A stretch of 64,000 nt of DNA. Source: Tubiluchus corallicola (lineage: Eukaryota > Animalia > Priapulida). The notes under the pieces were generated by a model. That model did no database searches, was not told the origin of the DNA, and was given only the letters and a program-made list of their open reading frames with translations. The position numbers and the translations under genes are program-made. The DNA lies in the NCBI GenBank assembly GCA_030141605.1, contig JAQGDQ010000221.1, positions 124,001 to 188,000 of the forward strand. The letters run 5' to 3'. This document shows positions 50,462 to 64,000 of this stretch, piece after piece (the stretch's first letter is position 1; each line of letters begins with the position of its first letter).

Positions 50462-53400
50462 CTACGAGTGTTCCGGATAGTCCAATGAAAATCTTGGCTT
50501 TAGCTGATGTAACAGTACGTAGTAAGTAGCAAAAACACTAAAGGCCTGAAAGAAGAACCATATTTACAAACGTTATGGGGAAATTCATCACGGCGTATTT
50601 CATTTATTAACACTCGCCTAAGTAACATGACAAAATACTTTTTTATATAAACATATTTCACTAATCTCAGGATTAACAATAAACCATTACAAATGCCTAA
50701 TTAAAGTTTCTTCTGAGGTAATAAATTGAACTTGACACACACAGAAGAGAAGATATATATCATAATGATGCGGCAGAGAAAATTTTACAGCTAAAGGTGA
50801 AATTACATAGGTGAGCTATAGACTTTTACAAATCATTGCAACATAGAATATCAAAGTGGTCTCTTAGTTCTTGTAATAAAGTTTCCGTCAGTAAAGCTTT
50901 ATTATTAGATACTGGTAAAGCATCTGAACCAAATTTAACTAATTTCATCACTTCCACAACAGTTAAGCTATAAAAGTTTAAAAAAGGCTGAAGTAATGAA
51001 ATTCATTATCAATTTAATTGATTTTAAGATTTGGCATAAGCAGAGCAATATAACAGGTAATGAGTACGATTGTCAATACACAATTACAATAACAGCAGAC
51101 ACGGGTGAAGGACATAAGGTGCGTTCATACAGAGAATAGTTTAAAGCATTTTTATCAAGACGCGTAATCTACATGTCAAAGTTACAGCATAACGTGGCCC
51201 TGAAAAGTAGCAGTAAAGTAGTCGATATTTGGGGCGAAGACTACAGATTAGAGCTTTTTTAAACTATACAGAGAAAGTGAGTTTTGTATTTCAGTATCTA
51301 ATTGATTCCAGAGTTTAAAGCAAGAAGGAATAAAACTTGTTTGAATATACATGGTGTTAAGCCTTATCAGTGTTAATGTATTGGAATGCCATAAGTTATA
51401 TTCACTTCTCTCAGAGGTATGCAGTGCTAATAAATCACTAAGATAAGCAGGGCAAGTAGCACTGACAATCTTATAAAATCTTATGTTACTTCGATGTTAA
51501 TTACGGGTACAGCAGCCATCATCGCCCCTAATAACTCACTAACACATTCTTCAATACATTTACAGTGCACCAATTATTAGATGCGTTTGTTTTTTCTTTG
51601 TTTGGTATAATATGGCTGAGACTAGTTGGTGAATCAGTCAAAATACACAAAATAAGTACTAACTATGTCATCAACTTTGGTTGTTCTGCTATGATAGGAC
51701 TTAGGTACCAGTCTAACAAGATTCTATTCAGAACCACGAGTTATTACTAGAAAACCCGCCTTACGAGAGGGTCACTTAAGCTCTACTACATGATGGATAT
51801 TAAGTATTATAACAGTAGTCTCAGCTTAGGGCTTCTTATTTTATAATGGTGAAAACGTATCAAACCAATCTCAGTAACAAAGCGTCGTCAGTCAGTACAA
51901 GCATAGGCATTAAACGTTAACAATGGGAAAGTTAGAAAATAGTTTTCGACAAATCTTTGATTAAATCTTTGCCGTTTTGTTGGTCCATGTCTTTCTGCCG
52001 TGGTCATTTAATTTTTCTCCTTGGACTTTATTTCTCTTTGATCTTTCTAGGTAAATGGCATAATCGGTGTTTCATTTTTGAACTGGTTCCCTATAGTTAA
52101 GGCACTGCAACTAAACTATGCAGTTAGCTTAAGACGGCTAAAAAGAAATTGAGCTTACAAAAAACTGAGAAAGCAAGTTCAGCTATCTCCTCGTGGAACA
52201 AATGATTGGGTGTGAAAGATAGACTTTACGTACTAACATGGCACTGAATTAAATGTGGTACCAAAGTAGTTGTAAAAGTTTAATGTTTTGCTCGGGAAGT
52301 TGGCGTCTTGGTCAGCGTTTTTTTACTACTTCTGTGTAATTCAATTTTCAATTAAACAATATTCAATTTACCGTGAGAATAAAAGATTTTTCAATGGTGA
52401 AGAAATTCCACGCTGTGATGCTAATTTTCTTTCCACTCAAACGTTTTGCAAACATCATAATCTGAAATTAGACCTGTAGCTAAAATTATAATTATTGAAT
52501 TGCTTCACATCGGTTTTATTGTTTAAGATATTCAGTTTAACGAAGTTCCTCAGTTCGGCTTTAGTGCAACAAACTAGTCATCACACTTATGTTCCGCATC
52601 TTTTAAAATAATTCGGACAGCGTTTTCTGAACGCTGTTGTAAGTTTACGTTCTGTGCTACCCTTTGCCACCCCTTCCCAGTTGATCGGCTATATATCATA
52701 CTAAATTTTAACGAAATGTTTTATGTTGGAATAAACAATAAGTGATTTGGTTTGATTTGTACTTTAACCAATGATGCTCTGTAAAGTTAATATTACACAA
52801 ATGCTGCTAAAAGACCAGTAAGAGTTTTCACAAACTCTTGTCAATTGTAGATGATAATAGCAATAGAGACTCTATAAACGCTTTTAAGACTAATATATAT
52901 TTACAGTGTAGTAACCCCACAAACAATATAAGTTGGTAATTTTAAATAATTTTTAATGAAATAACTGTGACACTTTAAATTTGCTCCGTTATGGAAATGA
53001 TATAAGCTTAATAGACAATCATCATGTTAGTCAGTTTCGCAACATAAAGACAGCCAGTGGCATACACAAGAACGTTACAATTATTAAAATTTGTTAATAC
53101 AAGGTAAAGATGACATGAAAGTAGTAAAAACTCTTCGGGCACGCATAAGTTTAAGTACGTGAAAGAAAATATTGAGTCAATTATTCGGAGTTGTTTGAGT
53201 CGATTATCGACGCTTTTTATATACATTTGAATAAGAGTGACCCCTACCAGACGTTTTTGAGTTAAAGGAAGACCGGACGATTGTTTAGACTCATTTTAAT
53301 TTATTGTCAAAATATACATTTTCTTGCCTATTCATTGCCATAGAGTATATAGGCATATGCATTGCCTATAAAAGTTAGCAATTGTTTCTTATATTTGAAT

Positions 53401-55717
53401 AATCAGCTTAGAAAGTTAATTAACGGCAACCGAACACAGCTATGGCTTACGTCAGAAACTAACCACAGTTTGCGCAATGGCAAGCATCTTCCCTTGCGCG
53501 TCAAGCCCGTTTGCGTAAGTGTTGCTGCTTAAACCGTGATGTCACGAAAATGGGCTTTACATCATATGACGTCAGAAACTAACACTGCAGTTCATGATCA
53601 TGCTTATCACGGTACCGCCTTCTATTTGTCGGCCACGCGAATGTGACAAAAAGGCGCCGCTGCCAATCTTGGGAGATTCATGGAGCCGCGCGTAGCTTTG
53701 AAAGTTTAACGAAATTTGAGTATCCGAGGTAATTATTATTTAATCTAAACTTTGATTTAAAGAAGCTTTTGTAGTTTTCAATATTCTAGAGTATTCTTCA
53801 TTCTGAACTAATGTTTACACAATCATCCAGTTTTCCTGAATTACGCGATTAACCGTCACTCTAATAAACGGCGCCTACTCTACGTTTGTTCTCCTATTTC
53901 CATTAATAGCGTAAATTGCCAAGTGACTCGTTCAGAGCATAAAATTACTATATACTATACCTCATATTTTTCATTTTTATCAAGATCTTCATAGAAAACA
54001 TCATGCAAGAAATCGACGGGTTCTTCAGCCTAAATAAAACCAAGTCAAATACATAGTTAACCAATTCAATACTACTTAATCCATAACTTGATCTATTGTT
54101 GAATTTAACAGGCAATTAACTTGTAGAGGCTAATTACGGCAAAACCTCAATAAGTACGGCGTACATGAAAAAGTTATTACTCTTGAGAACTGACCAATCT
54201 CTACACAGTTACAGGCCTTATGAATCTGTTGCGTTTCAAAGGTCTGAGTGGCGAGGAGTAGATGCTTGACCAGTCAACTAGTTGCCCTGAAACTACTGAC
54301 CTCAATAATTACATAAGTTTCATATGTAAGCGTGCTTTTTACTAGAACTTTATATATATATATGTATGTATCAGTATCAATGTAAGTATATCTGTATATA
54401 CAAGTGCTTTAAACAAGATCAATCAAGAACAGCTAAGGTAACGCATATGGACTAAGACATTTAGATGGTTATATAGACAAAAACAGGCAAAGGTCACAAC
54501 ACAGAAACAATGGCATTAAATTATACGTGGGATACTTTGTACTACTAAAAGTAAAATGTCGAGAAAGGACATACACACATACAACGATTTTAAAACTTGC
54601 TGTTGACACTTGGTGATATTCTGTTGAGGTTAAATAAGAACAAAACAAAAAAAGGTACCAAGGCTGTACAACTGCAATGATAAAAATGTTTATACAGAAA
54701 AGTTTAGAATTGATTGTACTTACACCTTCAAAGCAATAATTATTCTATACAAACCCTTTCATTTACTTGACCACAGATCCAGCATGTAGCTAAAAATAGC
54801 ACTGCATTTGAGACACACACAACGACTACCTGGGAAATCATGGAAATCCCCATGATGTTGTAGCTCGGCTCGCTCCACACATACATGTAACACAGTATCA
54901 CCAGAGTTGCAGATGAACAGATCATGAAAGAAATCGGTCCAAATGCAGCATCAAGTTGGGAGGTTAACTTACACAGTTGTTGATGACGATGACGATATTG
55001 CCTGATGTTGGTAATAAGATTCTTGTCTGACGACATTGCCCCTGTGACGGAATGGAATTCATTTCTTAAAGTTTCTGCTATGGTTAGCAACAATACCGAA
55101 GGTAATTCAGCATCAAACACAAAAAGGGCACAAAGAACAAAGCTGAAGAAAAACGCGGGGATTTTAGTGTAAAAAGGAGCTTCCAAACTTTTGCCCAGCA
55201 TATCAAAGACGAAAGTGTTAGAGCACAAAAGTGCAATACCTATAGAATTGAGAAAAGTCAGGATACAGTTTCTTTTGCAAGTTCTAGATAGTGTTTTCTT
55301 GGTTTGAAAGTCTTGTTTCGTAATATAAACATGGAAATCCTTCAGCAACATCTGAAATTTGTTGCGATGCTTACGAATTGTTGCTAAGGTGATAACGGCC
55401 TGAACGGACAGCAGCATGGTCGGCAAGAACATGATCACCATTGCCAAAGACATGTTGGCTGCAACCATAAAACCAGGAAAAAGCAGTGCCATTGTAGCAT
55501 ACATAAATGTTAAGCCAATAGATGTTGCTTCCAAACACTTATTCCCGGAGCTGAAGTCTCCTATAGTGGAATACGGCCAGATACCAGTGACTTTCATCAT
55601 TACAAGCAATGGTCTCAATGTGGACCAGCAGGAATTTTTCTTGGATTCCAACTTAAGGTTGAATTGAGTTGAATAAGGTGCACCGTGCTCGCCAGACCAA
55701 GCAGTCTTCGAATACAT
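50462..55717 (-). CDS. Gustatory receptor-like (GRL / 7TM chemoreceptor ion-channel superfamily) protein; exons 55717-54755, 54029-53961, 52461-52372, 50545-50462 (~401 aa)
   Basis: Large hydrophobic first exon (…YRHRHQQLCKLTSQLDAAFGP…CGQVNER), then three phase-0 exons: AEEPVDFLHDVFYEDLDKNEKYE / IMMFAKRLSGKKISITAWNFFTIEKSFILT / AFSVFATYYVLLHQLKPRFSLDYPEHS*. Contains the GR TM7 signature TYhhhhhQ. The ORF-track start at 55726 is a TTG; the first ATG is 55717. Confidence 0.88.
53266..53837. mobile_element. Kolobok-like TTAA MITE, family A (inverted), in GRL intron 2
   Basis: TTAA|AGGAAGACCGGACGATTGT…ACAATCATCCAGTTTTCCT; reverse complement of 4564-5099. Confidence 0.75.
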
Positions 55718-57649
55718 GACGCTCAATGCACCTGATATTGTAAGCTCACCAGGAAATTAAACCGAGACTCGCCGACAAGGAAAACAGAGTGAAACCTTTT
55801 GCTACATGCAATTGGAATGGTATAAAATAGAAGGGATTATATAAAAACATCACCGATATTATGTTTCTGTGGTAGCAGCAAGTTACTTGGATACGATTTT
55901 GGACTAGCATAATGCATTAATTACAAGTTAAAAATCTGTTTGGTCGCTTTATTCCATTACAATAAGCTATACCTTGTTGCACAAAAGCCCAGGCGTTCAT
56001 GGCATTAGTTTTGCTTGCATGATTGAACAGTTCTTTTACCGTCATTTAAATTAACTCTTCCTAACATTATGAAAACACTGCGATTATTTGCATTTTATTC
56101 CGGAATGAATAGTTTATATTTTCTCATTATGCAATGAATACGCGTAGGATGGCAGCATAATTGCGTCCATGGCTACACCTGGCTGTAGCAGTTTTCTACG
56201 CGTATAATTTAATGATTAACCATTTCTATTAAAATTGTAGGGAAATTCGAATGTTTTTACAACAATCCCGTGTAGTCACTCTCTTTATTAGATAGCCTCT
56301 ACTGCTTTAAACCATTTACATTAATTTTACCTGTTCTGATGATGACGATGAGCTTGTGACGATACAAATCTCAGTTATTTGATATTTGGAATTTATTTGG
56401 CATAATGCGTGAAATGAATTCAATATTAAGTATGCCTAAATCAGTTACAAAATAACATCCATCATTACCTAATCCAGCCTTAATTTAAAATGTATAGAAG
56501 TGATGTGTTTTTACCTGCTTTTAATTTATTAAGTCATATTATTTAAAGAGCAAATTTTAAGTTTTCGGTTTTCGGTTTATAGAAACTATAGCCATTTTGG
56601 AGTAATAATAATAATTAATTTAGGATGACTACATACAATCTTAATACTTATTGCAGCGCTATTGCGAAAGTACAAAATTACAGTATTTATTTGTGAGTAA
56701 AATAAACATGTTCTATTAATACAATAACAAAGGTGCTGTCTAGTAAACATGTTACATATTAAACTACACAAGTAATTCATGTTGGTGTATAACTGCCGAT
56801 CAACTTTACCGAGTAACACAATATAAGTATCAAATACCAAAAGTTGTTAGTAAACAACATATAGTTAATGTAAATATATTATGCAATTGCTTTAGTGTGA
56901 TTTGATATTTCTATACTACATATTCGAATACATAGCAAAGTTACACTATCTGAAGCCTTTATAAAGTACAGGTAAATTGTTACTGAAATAAACTTAGACT
57001 GATGTAATAGAGTAGTATTATTGCTTGCTTGCACAGAACCCAACAAATGACGTTGAATCTTGATTGGCAATTTTTAAGTAATAACATTCTGAAACAGTGT
57101 GTTAATTTCTACTAGATTTAATAAGAATTTATTATAAGTGCAAAATATGTATCAGTATTTAGTTCTTAAATATTAATGCTAAGTAAGTCAAGTAATTGCT
57201 TTAATTATTCTATGCTATTGCTATGATATTATATATATATCTATGGTATATATATATATATATATATCATCTTTATTGTAACGAATCTACACGTGTTATA
57301 TATATGTATAATACGTGTAGATTTTCGTTACAATAAAGATAATTATCTTTAATTGACATCATACTACACAATTCAATAGTTCTATTATTGTAATATGCTT
57401 ACTACTGATCTCCGATAGTAAGCTATGTGTTTAGTAAAAGTATTAGACTTTCATCTGTTTTCAAATTTTATTTTCAAATGCAGTCAGTACGAGATGCGCA
57501 AAATTATTCAAGCTGCATCTTCAAATCTGGCCAAGCAGCCGTCTGGTTCTTGTAGATTTTGTCGAACATTTAACTTTCTGCAACACTGAAATAATTCTTC
57601 CAAGCTCAATTTCTTTTGTGAGGTGCGCTTTCGAGCCTAATTAAATAAA

Positions 57650-58220
57650 CAGGTTCTCACACTTTATTAAATCATTAAAGTGTTTTTTTCGAAATATGGG
57701 AGAAATATAAAAGTGATTTCTAACAGAAACACCTTCTACCTTAAAGCTTCGTGTAGTTTTAAGTCGGCTGAGTTATCTAACTAAATTACAACAGGCTCAG
57801 CCAACAAAACTATAATATATAATGTTACTGTACCTCAAAACAAAATTGTAAAAGCTGTCTGCTTTGCTGGTTTCATGGACCATGCAACACCGTATTATAA
57901 TCAACTAATAATTCTAAAAATAACTGATATCTATAACCTAGCAATGGTTAAAATTGTTTTCAAATTCAATAATCATAAGCTACCCAAACTATTTAATGGG
58001 TACTTGAGCGAACCTTCAGCTTTGCATAACTACCAAACGCGCTTTGCATGAAGTAACGCCTACAGTGTCAAGAGATGCAATACAACCAAAGCTCAACGTT
58101 CGCTCAAGTACAAAGGTCCAGGAATTTAGAACTCTATTCCTCAGAAGTTTAAAAACAAATCTCTTAATTACCTTGTGTCAAACTACAAAAACATGATTAT
58201 TTCTCTTTATACCTAGTCTT
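57650..58220 (+). mobile_element. 5'-truncated CR1/L2(Crack)-type LINE, ORF2 C-terminal remnant
   Basis: Translates QNKIVKAVCFAGFMDHATPYYNQLIILKITDIYNL…LPKLF…HNYQTR…SLKYKGPGI*NSIP, typical of CR1/L2-group ORF2 tails, with in-frame stops. Confidence 0.7.
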
Positions 58221-60026
58221 GGAATTGTTTACACAACTAAAATTTAAACTACTATTTTCCATTCAACTTGAACTCACCAAACCTGGTCCTATGTTGAACT
58301 CACCACCATACATATGAATGGTAAAAACTCACTTATTATACGTGCTGAAGATCTAAACCCTAACTTACAGTGATACTAACCATGAATTTTGCTTTAGAAA
58401 TAGTAATAATGCCATCTTTACATATATTATTGCACTGCTACTTCTGAAATTGTACTTTATGTTAAGTCTATACCCCAATCTCCTGTTAGTCTTAATAACA
58501 TTGTTTTCTTTTCTTTTTTCTGCTAGGTATGCATATTTATGTGTATATGTATATGTATATGTATATGCATATGCCCATAAGTAACCGCATGTATCTAATT
58601 ATCTAATTAGTACTATTATTATAAGTAATTTTACAGCAGATAGAGGCCTCATGACTATCTAGATGCCTTATCGGAAACGTGTTATAAGCAGTACTACCAT
58701 CTAAATGAAAGTTAAGAGGCAAAGCAATTCTCTCTGCGTAAATCTACATATCTGCATGTGCATTGTTTCGAATATCAACATTATATGTTGTGGAAATTGT
58801 AACTGTATATTTTCAGGTGCTGCCATCTATTAACTAATCCTTTTACATTTTACTAGCTAAACTCACCCCTAGTATAATTGTACGGTCCAGTGAATATGCA
58901 TATTCACTGGATCTCTCCCTATTTTACAGTAATGGTTTTTGTGAAGCCAAGTTTGCATAATTACCTATACCTATATATACTTACTGGATTTTACTTTCTA
59001 GTCACTGTCTGTCTGTCTCACTCTCAGTGCAGTGCAGCAGTCGTGATACTCATGTCTAACTGTCAGTGATCAGTGCAGGACACTCTTGTTCTCAGTGTTC
59101 AGTGTAGCAGTCATTCTACATATGTGTATGTAGTCTAATAAACGCTTTCAGTTTTGTGCAGATATGTAGTATAGTGTTTTATTCTTTTTCTACAAAGTGA
59201 TTCATCTACAACCTTAAACATGACTTTCACATATGTATTTATTATGTCTTCATGTCCTTGATATATGTTCAAATTTAAACCTAAATCTCAAAAGTTATCT
59301 TATTACACCCACCATTCCTTTCCGCTCCATGTGTAAACTTTATGCTCCATTTATCACACCTTAATCTGAAATCTTCGTCAAGATAAATTGCGCGTATCAC
59401 TAATAGCAACATTACTTACAGGGTGGTTGACTTTGATAACTTTTATTTTTTGGCCACCCTTTCACCAATCACTTGAATATGATTAACTCGGATAATTTAT
59501 TCATTTAATAATCTTGTCACTTTGTATCATACAATCATATTATCGTTTCATGCCCTGTGTTTCTCTTGTAAAAAATGTGATAAATAAAGATGCTTGCTTG
59601 CTTACATACTTACTTACTTAGCCACCGAAATAATAAAACACTGTAAATTCAACTTTTTTGTGAGTGCAAAACGGTTTTGCTAGAGGTTTATTCATTCACG
59701 CCAATTGTGGTAATTTCCATTGTTTGGTTGCCATGACAAAAATGACGAAATAGCTACTAAATGGTTGAAGCTGTTCCAAAGCGCGTTCTAAATGCTGCCT
59801 CATTTAAATCACACTAGAAAGCTTAACCAAACTAGCGGATGCGCAGTTAACAATTTGCAACAAAATGTGAGTTGTTCTGTTTTCTTATCTTTTTCATATT
59901 TAACTGTAAACGTTTCTTATGATTGTTCAATGACGTTGGTAAAAATATTAAAAACTGTATATGTGTGCCTGAAATCAGACAAGGAATGTATTTACCCACT
60001 AAATCATTTCATCAAAGACGCAGCTC

Positions 60027-60768
60027 GTAGGCGGATCCAGAAGGGGAATAGGGGGTGGGCACCCTTCCACCCTCCTCCCCGATTTTTGCCACGAAAAAAC
60101 AATTTTGTTTCAAAATACATCCATGATGTTGATGTGTGAAGCAAAAACAAGGCGTGTCTTCGATGCACGGCCTTGCTGTCTACTGTTGTAACGCTAAACT
60201 AGTTGAATGCGCATTTCTTACTTATATGAAAAGGGAATCCCTGCCGCCCTCCAGGAAGTTGAGTGCGACTGGCCGAAAGTGATTCGCTGGAATTGAAATT
60301 GTTACTTTGCGCGTTTTTTGGGTAAGTCCACCCTGTGTGGGGTGTAAGAAAGAAATTTTAGTCTTCATTCAATCTGTAGTTTATATATAACCTTCTTAAC
60401 CAAAATGTAAGAAAATCAGTCTTGCCGTCGGTCCAGCTTAGCAAGTCGCAGTTTGAAAATCAGGCCCTATGAATATTAGCTAGAAATCCGATTTGATGAT
60501 TCGTTCTCAGTAGTCAGTCTTACCGGCCAGCTTCTCGAAATTGGAGGAATAATTGCTGTTCTGGTCCTGCTTATTTCATTGTCACATGTGCTCAGTTGCA
60601 GGAAATCGGTGGTAAATTTTTAAAATTTTCTGCCACGGACCTCCCTCTCTGGCTTCCCGCTTCAGTGCTCGAAACACGCATCCACTTCGCGGTCGTATAG
60701 GTATAGCAAACATTCAATTTTTAGCATTCTGGCACCATCCATTTCTAAAAATCTTATATTCGCCCCTG
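60027..60768. mobile_element. Degenerate TIR element with GGCGGATCCAG-type ends
   Basis: GGCGGATCCAGAAGGGG at left and TCTTATATTCGCCCCTG at right form imperfect inverted ends. Confidence 0.45.
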
Positions 60769-60884
60769 CAACGTCTTCTCTGGCTTCTTCTACCAATACA
60801 AAAAAGTTGGTGCACCATCAGAATAGGCTAACAGGCATGTGATAAAAATATCTTGTAAACTGAATTGCACTCTAATTTTCACCT

Positions 60885-63760
60885 GTTTATGTATGTATGT
60901 AGTTTATTGACCAAATCAAACTACATGTATACGTGAACAACGAGGTAAGTGCCACAATCGATACTTTATTGATTTTAATCCAAATGTCACTTTACCCACA
61001 TTTTCTACTCAATGTTACAGCATTTGTTATGCCTACAAGGTACTACTTGAAATTTTTTAAAGAACACAATGGTAAAGCTATAACCGAAATACTTATATGC
61101 AGAAAAGATATTACACCATTTATACAATTTCCTACACATACTAATATTCATTTCATACTGATTAGTAAGTCAGCATAAAAAAGTGGGTTGGCATAAATGC
61201 AGAACAGGATGCATGAACTCAGTAGCAATGCTTTACATACCCGTTGTAGGTAGTTACATATGTTCCTAGGACGCTTTTGTTGAATCATACATTGCAACAA
61301 TTGCACGTAGCATACGACCTCCATATTCGTGCAACGCTAAACAGTTCAGTAATTTCTTTCTGTTTACGCGGTCGGATGCCTTTTCAACGTCAACAAAGAC
61401 TATGAAAAGTTTCCTTTTCATCTCGTCAATCATTAACCTGACGGCTAAGATGCTGTCAGCCTCTTCACAGACCCTTCCCGGTTGTGCCTCTGATTGGTCA
61501 TTTTCAATGCTTGCCCATAACTTCATATGTTGTGCCAGTATACCGTCATATATTTTACAAAAGCCATGAATGATAGTTTTGTGTCGGTAATTATTACAGT
61601 TTGCAACATTTCCCTTCTCAAAAATATAAAACTGTCGTCCTTCATGTTCATCAAGGAGTCCCACTGGTTGCAGCTCCGCTGCGGACCAGCTGAGATGCAA
61701 GGTTTTAATCAGTTTAAAGCAGTAGAACATAATAATTCTGTTAAAATGATACTTAAACTGTCAATACTCTGTCGTTCATCATAATGAGGAACTGGCCTAT
61801 CACTCTCCTGAATCTTTCCATACCTAAGCTTTATAAGCTTGTTCTTCGTTTTCAGAGCTTCAACAGTGTATACGTTCATTAACATATCGATTATTTCTGC
61901 AAGGTGTAGCATATGGAGCCGAATAGCTGTCAAATTAATGGAGACGTGGTTAGATGAATACAGGTTTTCGTTCAACACTTCGAAAGATTCTTTTCCATAG
62001 GATACAGCTGCAAAATCAAGCTGCGAAACCCACCTGTGTTTCATTCTAAAAAATCACAAAACACTTCTTAATGCATACATATTTACCAAGCACAAGTTGT
62101 TGTCTGTACATAACTTAATTAGTTAGTTTTCTACCATGTTTATCGCGCGTTCCATCGGGATTGTGTGCATAGTAGTATGATCCATCTACTTTTAAGATCT
62201 GCCATGTAACCTAAACGACTATTAAAGTCGCAAATGATAACAACCCCTTGTGAAGTTTTGTGGGCTTCAATGCATTTACAAATGACTGCATGTCAAGTAG
62301 ACAGCACATAACAGCCACCAATTCACACATCAGGCACAATTTTAAACATAACCCATATTTAGTAAAATTTTAATAGGCCCAGTTCGGCAATACAGCTTTC
62401 TGATAAATTGTGCTCCACAAACAGAGCTAGACTACCACGATGTCCAGTACCCAGGATAGAGAAGGACAGATAGCAGATGCGGATAGTGAATTAGTGCGGA
62501 TGAGCGGACTGCGACTTTTTAATGCGTAAACCGCGGATTTTACGAAAATGTGCAAGAACCACTAATGTACATTTTCATGTGTTGCAGAAAAAGTTTAAAC
62601 AATTTCAGTTCGTTAAGCATTCCCCTGCTCATTAAAAGCTTGTTACCACGTTAAACGCCTTCTTTTACAATTATAATTATATTACATATATTTATAACAT
62701 CATAATTTTTTACTCGAGCCTATTACGGTTTGTTATGTGGTGTGATGGTACGGAACGCGGAACGCGAATATTCTATTTCCACACAGTCCGTACAGTTGCA
62801 CAAACGAGAAAGTGATAAGCGACATCTCTGACCCAGGGTAAAATGACTTCAGTAAATATAGAAACCCGGTAAATCAAAGTTTATGCTACGTTTAATTTCG
62901 TTAATAAAAACAAAATCAAACGTATTTAGTACATCATTACTTAATAGTTTACATTTAATACCATTTATATTCCATGAACAGATTCGTAACACGTCATTCG
63001 TACTGCATTTACCTCAGACTCTATAAAAAAGATTCTGTAACATTTGCGTTAATAAACAATTAAGTTTCCCCAATTTATCGCTAGCTCGCACCCTACATTT
63101 TCTGACTTCCTGTTTTCTTCTTTCAGTACCCTCCTAAATTCAGCATACTGTCTACGTATTGAATGTGAAACATCCCTATTGACGTACACACACTTTCGCC
63201 ACTCTTCATGCCTTTGTTGTTTCAGTTTTTTACTGCTTTTGAGAAGGCGAGTAATGATTGCTCTATCTTCAAAGGTCACTAACACTGGTCTGGGCCTCAT
63301 GACCTCTGCACTCCCTTCGTCATTTTGTGTTGCCGTATTGCCTATCCTCTTCAATGTGTAACTTTCCGTTTGTCAGCCTAGAATATCTAGCACTTGTCTG
63401 CACATCAGATTATTAGCTTCTTTTTCTACTTTTTCTGTATCCTGGTAATCATTAAGTTAAAGAAGCGAACTCTCTGCTTCCAACCTTTCCAGAAAGTTTT
63501 GCTGATTGCACACAATATCCTTTAAACCACATGCAGCTGCCCAAAGTGTATTGCACCCTGCCTTTTCTAGCTTGACATATACCTCAACTTTTGCTTTATT
63601 AAATTGAATTGTTTGACTAATCTTCTCATCAATTCTCCTCTCGAATTCACTGAATTTTTAAATCTCTTATTTCCGACAATGTCTTACATTGCACAACCTT
63701 CAAACTGCTGATCTGCCTATCATCTGCTAATTCTGTTTCTCCCATTTCAGCCTGGTTGCT
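60885..63760 (-). mobile_element. Decayed near-full-length LINE (ORF1, endonuclease remnants, RT remnants, (TACA)n tail)
   Basis: ORF1-like RPRPVLVTF…VYVNRD (63049-63354); endonuclease-like IICDFNSRLG near 62230; RT motifs NYR…CKIY, FVDVEKASDRVNR (61266-61730); AATAAA plus TACATACATACA tail at ~60885-60910; many stops. Boundaries approximate. Confidence 0.8.
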
Positions 63761-64000
63761 AACTGTAGTGGAGTTTCTGCCCTGGGACAGAGACGCATTT
63801 TGAACACGCGCTTATAACACAAGAAGATATTTCCGAAACCTTGCCTGCATGCAGTATCAGGGTGCTTCTTACGACAATGATAACACGATATGGGCACAAT
63901 TGTTTATTTTGTACACAATAACCGTGCTGCAGGCTATTTAGGCATGGCAAACAGTTACGTTGTAAGGCCATCTATTATATTGTTAAACTGGCAAATCCTG

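Overview
AT-rich, intron-containing genomic DNA from an invertebrate animal, not a prokaryote. A gustatory-receptor-like gene argues against a chordate, and a U12-type intron argues against lineages that lost the minor spliceosome. Five spliced protein-coding genes were reconstructed by hand from GT-AG boundaries and frame continuity: the 5' part of an SFMBT (MBT-domain Polycomb) gene (-); STIMATE/TMEM110 (+, 7 coding exons), divergent from SFMBT across a likely shared promoter; CRELD (+); LSM8 (-, mostly missed by the ORF track); and a 4-exon GRL/7TM chemoreceptor-like gene (-). The most notable points are two alternative in-frame last exons in CRELD (membrane-anchored versus acidic soluble form ending RSEL), a U12-type intron plus a uORF in LSM8, and the GRL gene with three phase-0 C-terminal introns. 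Introns and intergenic DNA are full of MITEs (TTAA-targeting Kolobok-like and piggyBac-like, hAT-like, Tc1/pogo-like), decayed LINEs and minisatellites. There is no CRISPR array and no tRNA or rRNA gene that I can support. Family assignments come from remembered protein motifs, not database searches.
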